From an uncultured Erysipelotrichaceae bacterium (GTDB taxonomy: Bacteria > Bacillota_I > Bacilli_A > RF39 > UBA660): DNA of 64,000 nucleotides. Each line of letters begins with the position of its first letter. Within the stretch, counting starts at the first letter, position 1. Below the pieces are notes generated by a model that saw only the letters and a list, made by a program, of their open reading frames with translations, was not told where the DNA came from and searched no databases. The stretch covers positions 1,453 through 65,452 of the forward strand of contig CACYFN010000002.1 in assembly GCA_902773675.1 (NCBI GenBank). The letters are read 5' to 3'. Made by a program: the position numbers and the translations under genes. Positions 56,417 through 64,000 of the stretch are shown here, in pieces.

Positions 56417-57649
56417 TTATTTATCTTCTAGTTTTTTTTTCATGATGATTGCTATTGCTACTAAAACAACAACGCATCCACCAAGAATAGCAAATATTTT
56501 TACAATATCATCTAGTGTTTTTGGTGCTTCTGCTTCTTTTTTTTCTTCTTTTACTTCTTCTAATGTTTCTTCTTTTGCTTCTTCAATAGTTTTTTCTTTT
56601 AAACTTGCTCTTGCTGCTTTTAACTTTGTAACCATTTCATCTACATTTTCTTGAGTAGCATTAGTATTATTTTTTAATTCATTAGCTTCATCTAATAAAT
56701 CTTCAACATTTTTAAATGATTCATCAGTATATTTATCTTTTTCTAATGCATTAATTTCTTCTAATTGTTTTAATAATTCAGTTTTATCTGCTTGATTTTT
56801 TAAATTATTTTTTGCTGTATTAATACTATCTATTCCGTTTTTTATATCATCTATTGTGATTGTTGTACCTTCCAAAACTGTTTTTTGTGCTTCTATTACT
56901 TCTTTCAAACTATCTATTGAATCTTTTGTATAATTATTCGCATAATCCTCATATTTTCCTTCTTCTTCAGTAATTAAATTTGATAATAATGCAGTATTTA
57001 CTTCTAACGCATCAACAATGTCATCAGCTTCTCCAAATGTATAATCTACTTGAATATAGAATTTACCTGGAGTTGTTGTATCTTCATTAAGAGTAATTTC
57101 TGATGAAATAGCTGTTTCAATATTTTCAATTAATTCATCTAAATTGCTAAAAGAAGTTGATGTGTAATATTCTTTATTATTTTGATACTCTTTTAAAGTA
57201 CTTAGACGTGTTTGTAATTCAGTCTTGTCATAAAGATACCAATTTCCTATTCTCTTTGATCCACTATATCCTGTTATTTTGTATGCATAGTTTTTTTCAA
57301 TATATCCTAAATTAATTGTTTTATTAGAGTCTCCTCCATTTTCATTATGAAAAATTATCATATTATAATGATATTCATCAAAACTATCTGGGGCTGTAAA
57401 CATGTATATATTGTCTTCGCCAGGAACCTTAACTAATTCATCATTACTATCCCAGGCTTTATATGTTGCTCCATTTTTTTCCCAAATATGAATATAGATA
57501 TGATTCCAGTCTAATCCAGTTGCATCAAAATAGATAACATCTCCTTTTTTTATTGCTGAATGTTCTTTATCTGGCGTATATGTAGCTTTTACATTTGATA
57601 TACAAAGCATTGTAAGTATTATTGCTATAAACGCAAATATTTTTTTCAT
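56417..57649 (-). CDS. surface protein with an N-terminal beta-domain, a coiled-coil region and a C-terminal sorting-like anchor
   Basis: Signal peptide. The C-terminus reads EAPKTLDD, a hydrophobic helix, then KKKLEDK. Confidence 0.5.
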   Translation of the reverse strand: MKKIFAFIAIILTMLCISNVKATYTPDKEHSAIKKGDVIYFDATGLDWNHIYIHIWEKNGATYKAWDSNDELVKVPGEDNIYMFTAPDSFDEYHYNMIIFHNENGGDSNKTINLGYIEKNYAYKITGYSGSKRIGNWYLYDKTELQTRLSTLKEYQNNKEYYTSTSFSNLDELIENIETAISSEITLNEDTTTPGKFYIQVDYTFGEADDIVDALEVNTALLSNLITEEEGKYEDYANNYTKDSIDSLKEVIEAQKTVLEGTTITIDDIKNGIDSINTAKNNLKNQADKTELLKQLEEINALEKDKYTDESFKNVEDLLDEANELKNNTNATQENVDEMVTKLKAARASLKEKTIEEAKEETLEEVKEEKKEAEAPKTLDDIVKIFAILGGCVVVLVAIAIIMKKKLEDK

Positions 57650-57762
57650 TTTCTTCCTCCTATTATTATATGTAAATTATATAATAAATATTTTCTTTTG
57701 TCAATATTAGCATGAAATAAATTTCTTTTTTATATACTAAAAAATAGTACTAATTGCACTAT

Positions 57763-58287
57763 TTAATATTCTTCATCATTTATTATCTTTGCTTCTATAA
57801 TTATTTGTATATCATCTTTAATTTTATGGCATGTTATAAGTGTAATAGTATTATTATGATTTTCTATTTTAAAGGAATTCTTTTTTAATTCTTTTATGTT
57901 ATATATTTGATATGTATACTTGACATTATCTTTATATAAATAAATAATATCTTCATTCTTTAATTCATCTAATCTGTTAAAATAACATATACTGCAGTTA
58001 CCGGAATGACTTGCTAAAATTATATCATTATTTAGAAATCTTTGATAATCTATGATAGTAATATCTTCATCTACATTAGAATCTTTTTTTAACCCTCTTT
58101 TTAAATTTATTTTAGGTATTTCTAATATTGCTACAAAATCATTATTATCTTTATGTTCTAAATAGTTAGCTATAGAATTAATTTCTTGTTTTTGAATTTT
58201 ATAATTTTGATAATAATTATTACACTTTAAAGTTATGCCAATTATGATAAATAAACTACTTATTAAAATTATACTTTTTAGTTTCAT
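57763..58287 (-). CDS. small sortase-family transpeptidase
   Basis: ILASHSG (His) and TLITC (TLxTC Cys). No canonical Arg is obvious after the Cys. Confidence 0.55.
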   Translation of the reverse strand: MKLKSIILISSLFIIIGITLKCNNYYQNYKIQKQEINSIANYLEHKDNNDFVAILEIPKINLKRGLKKDSNVDEDITIIDYQRFLNNDIILASHSGNCSICYFNRLDELKNEDIIYLYKDNVKYTYQIYNIKELKKNSFKIENHNNTITLITCHKIKDDIQIIIEAKIINDEEY

Positions 58288-60031
58288 ATATACCTATAAA
58301 ACCTATTATAATAAAAATATTAGATAGTATTTTATTATAATTAATTTCATTTTTTAATGTATTTGGTATTTCATATTGTTCATTTATTACTTCAATATTA
58401 TTAAAATCATTATCTATATTTATATCAATATTATCTGTATTTAATAAATATCCATTAACTCCTTCTACTTCTTCTAAATAATATTCTCCATAATAAAGAT
58501 CAGATATATAGCCATAACCATTATTAATTGTTATTTCATCTATTAATTCATCAGCTTTATAATAGATATCTCCTGTAAGTGATACTATATCTTTTTTAGC
58601 AAATAATTTAAATTTTGCTCCATTTAATAGTAAATTATCACTACCTATTTTTTTGATTTCTAAATTACCTTTTTTTATTATTTCTTTATCTTTTAACTCA
58701 ATTATAGTTTCTTCTTTAATGTTTGAGGCATCTATTTCTATTGGACTACTTATTTCAAAGTTATCTTTTCCACTTATTTGTTTTAGAATATATTTACCAA
58801 ATGGTAAAAGTAATTCTATGGTACCTGATTCATCTGTTATATATGTATCTATTAAATTATTATATTCATCATAAAGTTCAAATGAGGCATCACTTTCTAA
58901 ATAGTAATTATCAGTTATTTCATTACCATATTTTTTTATGATTTTATATTTATTTTTGATTATATCTTCATATACTATTAGTTTTTGATGATTATTAGTT
59001 GAGGTTAGATTTACTTCATATTTGGTATCATCTAACATATATCCTTTACTGGGTTGTATTTCTTTTATGTAATAATTTCTTAATGGTAAATCAGAAATTA
59101 CTCCATATCCATTATTATCAAGTGATATTTCTTGAATTAATTTATTATCTTCATCATATAATCCATATACCGCTCCTTCTAGGGTAGCTGGCGCTTGACT
59201 AGTAATATTTTCTCTATCTTGTTTATTAATTTCTATTGTTCCATCTTTAAATGTTATAGTTATTGACTTTGTTACATCATCATACTTACCTGGATAAAAC
59301 ATGTTTTGTCTTACATTGTTATTATATAATATATAATCTCTAGTTTCAGAAGATTTTTTTATAAAACGAATTGTATATGTACCTGGATTATCACTGGATA
59401 TTGTTAATGTATTACCAACTTTATTTATGTTAATATTACCATTATAATCAATATCATATAAGTCAAGTACATTGTTATTATCTACTAATGTATATTGTTC
59501 TTTAATACTATAATTGTTTTCTATGTTAAAATTTGGAGTAATGTAATGATTATTTACAAGACTATTTAATTCATTTAATTCTTCTTTATATTGAATAATT
59601 TTATTTCCATATAATGTATCGGTATAATAGATATCATCTAGTCCTAAAGTTTCCCAAATAAGATATTGAGTTATTCCATACCATTTTATATCGGTATGAT
59701 TATTATAACCATATCCATAATGAGCAAGTAAATTCATTCTATTTATTTGTTCTTTTGATAAACCGAATAATTCATTATATCCAATATATCCTTCATAATT
59801 TCCATTTATTTCATTAGTAAATGGATCTATGCAATATACATAATTATTATCACTTCTTAGTAGCATCCATGTTGATGTATTTCTTAAATTACCATTTTTT
59901 ATTTTTGTTACATAGGCATTTGGTACCATACTACCAAAGTGAAATGATTCTATTAAATCATAAGCTGATACTTTAGATATACTTATAATAAGTATAAAAA
60001 TAATAAATAAAATTTTTTTCATTTTTTTCAT
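58256..60031 (-). CDS. thioester-domain (TQXA) adhesin with CnaB/SpaA-type isopeptide domains
   Basis: YVYCIDPF followed by GITQYLIWE, with Cys...TQxxIW spacing typical of a thioester domain. It has three CnaB-like repeats, and its C-terminus reads IPNTL, a hydrophobic helix, then KKYNFNK. Confidence 0.6.
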   Translation of the reverse strand: MKKMKKILFIIFILIISISKVSAYDLIESFHFGSMVPNAYVTKIKNGNLRNTSTWMLLRSDNNYVYCIDPFTNEINGNYEGYIGYNELFGLSKEQINRMNLLAHYGYGYNNHTDIKWYGITQYLIWETLGLDDIYYTDTLYGNKIIQYKEELNELNSLVNNHYITPNFNIENNYSIKEQYTLVDNNNVLDLYDIDYNGNININKVGNTLTISSDNPGTYTIRFIKKSSETRDYILYNNNVRQNMFYPGKYDDVTKSITITFKDGTIEINKQDRENITSQAPATLEGAVYGLYDEDNKLIQEISLDNNGYGVISDLPLRNYYIKEIQPSKGYMLDDTKYEVNLTSTNNHQKLIVYEDIIKNKYKIIKKYGNEITDNYYLESDASFELYDEYNNLIDTYITDESGTIELLLPFGKYILKQISGKDNFEISSPIEIDASNIKEETIIELKDKEIIKKGNLEIKKIGSDNLLLNGAKFKLFAKKDIVSLTGDIYYKADELIDEITINNGYGYISDLYYGEYYLEEVEGVNGYLLNTDNIDINIDNDFNNIEVINEQYEIPNTLKNEINYNKILSNIFIIIGFIGIYETKKYNFNK

Positions 60032-60045
60032 TTTTTTCCTCCTTA

Positions 60046-61074
60046 TTAACTTGGTATTTGGATAAAAGATAAATAATCATTTTTCATCCATATGTTGTAT
60101 TCTGTATTAATCCAATTATTATAGTCATACCAAATTCCGTCATAAAAATACCTAGATAGTTGATGGGTATTTTTATTTATTTTATATGTTAAATCTTGTT
60201 GATTTGGTATTCTAATATCATTGGTAATAATTTTATTACTGATAAGTTTAAACATATTATATTTTTGAGTATCTATTATATATTCATAACCATAACCACT
60301 TATTTTTTTATTTATATAAATTGGGTTATTCCAATTTAGGTCAGTAGAATCGGAATTATTAATTCTTTTCCATAGGTAAATAGATGGATTTTGATCTATA
60401 AATATATAGATTCTTTTTTTATTAAATTGAGAAAATACTAGAGGTGCGAATACTTTTCCTAAATTATTAGTTGAGAATGATAAATCAATGGTTTGTTTTT
60501 TAGCACTAATCTCTGAATTATTGGTATCGGTAAAGATAATATTTTTATATTTATTTATATTTTCTGGTTCTATATTATAAGCATATATTTTTTTTTGATA
60601 ATCTATTAGGGTTGCAGGTTTACCCGGCCATGGTGCATTATATATTTTTTCTTGATCATTATATAAATAAACATTTACATTAGTTGAATTCCAATCAGGA
60701 GGTATTTGAAAATAGATATAATTATTTTTCCATTTAGCAAATAGTTCTATAGTATCATTATCAACAGAAGTTAGATTTATGATAGATTCTCCATCTTGAT
60801 AATTTTTTCCTGTTCCATTTTGTTCGGTATTCCATCCATCAAAAGTATATCCTTCTTTTGTAAAAGTATTTAAATTTAGATTATAACTTGTATCATATAT
60901 TAAATTCATATCTGGCATTGATCCGATACCAGAGTTTGAATTAAATTTTACTATATAATTTGGTTTACGATTATTAATAGTTATTGTACTTTTAAAAGAA
61001 GTATGATATTTACTATAAGATACTGGAATTATCATTGATAATACTATTAATAAAATAATTAATACTTTTTTCAT
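60046..61074 (-). CDS. secreted Listeria-Bacteroides repeat protein
   Basis: The signal peptide ends VSYSKYHTSF. GYTFDGWNTEQNGTGKNYQDGESI is a List_Bact repeat. Confidence 0.5.
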   Translation of the reverse strand: MKKVLIILLIVLSMIIPVSYSKYHTSFKSTITINNRKPNYIVKFNSNSGIGSMPDMNLIYDTSYNLNLNTFTKEGYTFDGWNTEQNGTGKNYQDGESIINLTSVDNDTIELFAKWKNNYIYFQIPPDWNSTNVNVYLYNDQEKIYNAPWPGKPATLIDYQKKIYAYNIEPENINKYKNIIFTDTNNSEISAKKQTIDLSFSTNNLGKVFAPLVFSQFNKKRIYIFIDQNPSIYLWKRINNSDSTDLNWNNPIYINKKISGYGYEYIIDTQKYNMFKLISNKIITNDIRIPNQQDLTYKINKNTHQLSRYFYDGIWYDYNNWINTEYNIWMKNDYLSFIQIPS

Positions 61075-61085
61075 GAGTCACCTCT

Positions 61086-61547
61086 TTATAAGTTTACTTG
61101 ATTAAATATTACTTCTATTTGAATAGGATGGTTTAAAAGATTTGGGGTTGCTAATGTGGATTTAAAATGGAGAGTATCTTGAATATTTAGTATTTCTTTT
61201 GATGAATTTATGGTTCTGACATCAATAATTATTTGATTATTATTGGAACTTATATATGAATTATTATTGAGTGATACTTCTATTTCATCTGGAACATTAG
61301 TGAGTTTTATTATATAATTGGAAGCTACTTCAGATTTATAGGAAATATTAATTATATAATCCTCGATATTACTACCTGATACTAAATCTAGTGTTTCATT
61401 TGGTAGACTTGCTTCTATATTCCATTTAGCTATAGCAATACTTTTATTAATTAATAAATTATTATTGTATTTTGAGTATGTGTTTACTATTATATTAAAT
61501 GAAAATATAACAAAATAAATTAATAAGAAATGGATATATTTTTTCAT
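61086..61547 (-). CDS. secreted protein with a TasA-like N-terminal motif
   Basis: ...NTYSKYNNNLLINKSIAIAKWNIE..., paralogous to the N-terminus of the protein at 62199. Confidence 0.5.
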   Translation of the reverse strand: MKKYIHFLLIYFVIFSFNIIVNTYSKYNNNLLINKSIAIAKWNIEASLPNETLDLVSGSNIEDYIINISYKSEVASNYIIKLTNVPDEIEVSLNNNSYISSNNNQIIIDVRTINSSKEILNIQDTLHFKSTLATPNLLNHPIQIEVIFNQVNL

Positions 61548-62122
61548 AGATTATCATTCTCTTCTATACTAAAAGATAGTTTTACTATATATTTATTAAT
61601 ATTACTTTTTCCAATATAATTATCTAATTTATCATTATCAAACCATTTCCAATCTAGAGAATAATTATCTATGTTTCCTTTTGATAAATTTAGATAGGTA
61701 GTTTTTAATTCTTCGGATGTTACCCATAATTTATCATTTCCAAGTATATATTCATCATTTCTTTTTAATCGATATTTTATATTAACACTGTAATTGGATA
61801 GTTTAGTTAATTCTATTAAATATTTAATAGTTATGTTATTGTTATTTTTTACTTTAAAATAATATGTATTAGATACTCCTGGGGCAATAGTTTTTGTGTT
61901 ATTAAATAAATTTATTTCTGTTTGATATTGATAATCTCCATTATAATCTTCAATAATGATATTACCATTATCTAATTTACAATTATCTTTTTTACTATTA
62001 AATTTAATATTATAAATATCTGCATTTTTCTTTAATATTTTTGTTTTAGTACATTTTACAAAAAGAAGAAGAATTATTATTAATACTAATATTATATTTA
62101 TTATTTTCCACTTATTATTCAT
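61544..62122 (-). CDS. hypothetical membrane-anchored protein
   Basis: N-terminal TM segment with an N/K-rich beta-rich ectodomain. It is coupled to the downstream gene. Confidence 0.45.
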   Translation of the reverse strand: MNNKWKIINIILVLIIILLLFVKCTKTKILKKNADIYNIKFNSKKDNCKLDNGNIIIEDYNGDYQYQTEINLFNNTKTIAPGVSNTYYFKVKNNNNITIKYLIELTKLSNYSVNIKYRLKRNDEYILGNDKLWVTSEELKTTYLNLSKGNIDNYSLDWKWFDNDKLDNYIGKSNINKYIVKLSFSIEENDNL

Positions 62123-62198
62123 TTAATACCTCCTATTTAGTTTCCATAGACAAAATAATTATTACTTTGCCTATGGAAGTTAAATAACTTCCAATTTA

Positions 62199-62825
62199 TT
62201 AGTTTATGTGAATAGTTATTGGATTAGTTCCTGGTCTTACTTGTGTTCCTGTAATAGTTACTGGTATTTCTAGTATTTCTCCTAAAACACCATATTCATT
62301 ATCAAGTGCATCTCCGCTATATATTCCATTTGTTATGGATCCTGTTTCAAATATCCACTTCCAATATATGGTTACTGTTAATCCTTCTTCGTCATTAGCA
62401 GATAATTGTCCATTTATTTTAGTGATTCCTGGTATTATTTCTGTTTGATAGTTTGAATCTTTATAAAATTTAATATTTGTAGGAAAATGTTCAACACTAT
62501 CTAATGAAATGCTGAAATTAGCACCAACATCACTAGTATTTACTAAGTCTATGGAAAATGATCCTTCTGTACCTGGGGCAATTATTTTATAATCTTTTCC
62601 ATCAACTGTTCTTGAACTTATAAGTGTTGATTCATCATAATTATCTTTTAGGTTAATATTAATTGTTTCAGAATTATTATCAGTTTCAAAATTCCATCTA
62701 GCTATAGCTACGGAACTTCTTTTGGAAATAGAGGCTGTGTATTTAGCATATGTACCTGCAATAAAAACACCAGATATACCAATTACTAATAGTAATAATA
62801 ATACTTTAATTTTTTTCTTTTTCAT
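62199..62825 (-). CDS. secreted protein with a TasA-like N-terminal motif, first gene of the island operon
   Basis: ...AGTYAKYTASISKRSSVAIARWNFE... with the SD AAAGGAAGTG. The promoter module lies 60 nt upstream. Confidence 0.5.
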   Translation of the reverse strand: MKKKKIKVLLLLLVIGISGVFIAGTYAKYTASISKRSSVAIARWNFETDNNSETININLKDNYDESTLISSRTVDGKDYKIIAPGTEGSFSIDLVNTSDVGANFSISLDSVEHFPTNIKFYKDSNYQTEIIPGITKINGQLSANDEEGLTVTIYWKWIFETGSITNGIYSGDALDNEYGVLGEILEIPVTITGTQVRPGTNPITIHIN

Positions 62826-62891
62826 ATTTCACTTCCTTTCTTTTTTTCTATAGCTTGTCCATTATTTATTTACAACATATTTATCACCTCC

Positions 62892-62937
62892 TCATGTATA
62901 TTATTCGACAAAACTTTCTAATTTCCTTTTTTTTTTG
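62892..62937 (-). promoter_or_regulatory. copy 3 of the conserved promoter/leader module, located upstream of the surface island operon
   Basis: ctcatgtatattattcgacaaaactttctaatttcctttttttttt. On the minus strand it is followed by the SD GAGGAGGTGA and the mini-ORF ATG TTG TAA. Confidence 0.45.
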
Positions 62938-62958
62938 GAAAAAAAATGAAGAAAAGTG

Positions 62959-63324
62959 TTAATTTTCTTCATTTTCTTTATTATTTATCCATAATCCGTG
63001 TTTATTACAGTAAGAATATATTTTGGAATTTGGTTTATATTCAAATTCAACTTGTGGTTCTTCTCCTGGTTTTAATCTTTTTATAACTATATCATTTGGC
63101 GTTTCTTGAGCTATCCATTCGATGTAATGATCTTCATCCATTACATGGTTTACTGTAACTATTATTTTATTATTTACTACTTCAATATTTGGTACATGTT
63201 TTTCAAATGATGCATCAATACTATTAGATATTAATTCTTTCATTTCTTCATTACAGCAAATAGTACTATTACTTCCTTTTAATACATAAATAACCTTACC
63301 ACATTTCATACATTTTCTAAACAT
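62959..63324 (-). CDS. dfx: desulfoferrodoxin (superoxide reductase)
   Basis: N-terminal CMKCGKV...CC desulforedoxin site and a C-terminal HVMDEDHYIEWI...YCNKHGLW neelaredoxin site. A terminator gaagaaaa/ttttcttc follows. Confidence 0.75.
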   Translation of the reverse strand: MFRKCMKCGKVIYVLKGSNSTICCNEEMKELISNSIDASFEKHVPNIEVVNNKIIVTVNHVMDEDHYIEWIAQETPNDIVIKRLKPGEEPQVEFEYKPNSKIYSYCNKHGLWINNKENEEN

Positions 63325-63325
63325 T

Positions 63326-63631
63326 TCAATCATTCCTTTCATTAGATTTCCAATTATTTAACAATTCTACTTGTTCCGATTTAGGTACAAGATATAAATA
63401 ATTAATAAGTGCAATTAAATCCTTACATTCTTCAGATATATTTTGTTCATTTAATGATTTATCTTCTAATACATAATATTCTTTATCAGAATCTGCAGCT
63501 ATATCATTTAATTTTTGAAATAACTCATCAGGTATTTTCTTTAATAATTCCTCTTCAAAATATGACGCAAGCATTAAAAATTCTTTAGCAACATCCTTAT
63601 TTAGTTCTTCCATACTGATCACTTCTTTCAA
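63326..63631 (-). CDS. hypothetical protein
   Basis: 101-aa acidic ORF. Confidence 0.35.
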   Translation of the reverse strand: MKEVISMEELNKDVAKEFLMLASYFEEELLKKIPDELFQKLNDIAADSDKEYYVLEDKSLNEQNISEECKDLIALINYLYLVPKSEQVELLNNWKSNERND

Positions 63632-64000
63632 ATAAAGTTCTTATTTTTTGAGTTATTTCTTTAATATTTTTTATTAATCTTGTATTTGATAATTCTTTTA
63701 AGTCTTTACTATTAAATTTTTTGCTTTGCTTAGTATTTTTATAATTAATAAACATTTCTTCACTATAATATATAATATTTGATTCATCTGTATACCAAAA
63801 TTTATCTTCAAGTTTATACATTGGCATAATCAAAATACTATCATTCTCTGCAATTTTCTTAACAAAGCTTACTTTATCTGATGGTACTAATATCATTCTA
63901 ATAGATTCTTTAGGAAAACTATCTTTTATTCCAACTTCAGGTACATCAGAAGGTACCCATACCCTATTAGAAACTAAAATATCTTCTTCTGTCGTTCCAA
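63597..64000 (-). CDS. hypothetical protein (5' end outside the window)
   Basis: The reading frame stays open upstream of the track Met all the way to the window edge. Confidence 0.35.
   Translation of the reverse strand, partial: GTTEEDILVSNRVWVPSDVPEVGIKDSFPKESIRMILVPSDKVSFVKKIAENDSILIMPMYKLEDKFWYTDESNIIYYSEEMFINYKNTKQSKKFNSKDLKELSNTRLIKNIKEITQKIRTLFERSDQYGRTK

Overview
This is a very AT-rich (about 25 % GC) chromosomal window from a spore-forming low-GC Firmicute. Almost all genes are on the minus strand. The housekeeping backbone is pheST behind a Phe T-box, polA, a pflB/pflA-fmt pair, ligA, rny, thrS, ddl-murF, trpS, tgt, recD2, ftsK, rbfA, radC, rpsT and tRNA-Arg(TCT). Sporulation genes are scattered through it: spoVS, gerE, gpr, an orphan spoIIIAH and a gerM-like gene. 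Three accessory regions are set into this backbone. The first (15.6-18.9 kb) is a class-II bacteriocin locus with a C39-peptidase ABC exporter, a small accessory protein, two double-glycine-leader peptides, a putative immunity peptide and an XRE regulator. The second is a pair of paralogous cassettes (21.0-21.3 kb and 30.65-30.98 kb), each with a small hydrophobic peptide, a convergent antisense RNA and 5'-3' UTR complementarity, as in type I toxin-antitoxins. The third (52.3-62.9 kb) is a surface-protein island with TasA-like secreted proteins, a thioester-domain adhesin, a small sortase, a Listeria-Bacteroides-repeat protein and large two-anchor repeat proteins. A roughly 45-nt promoter/leader module is conserved at three sites. 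It sits in front of the bacteriocin exporter, in front of the surface island, and as an orphan copy ahead of ftsK, which suggests one regulon for a candidate undescribed surface fibre/adhesin system. Other oddities are an in-frame pflA-fmt fusion with no stop codon, a MurF with a five-helix N-terminal membrane domain, an amidoligase-like gene with no canonical start codon, and a probable T-box placed ahead of an unknown ORF plus thrS. No CRISPR array, IS element or prophage was seen.
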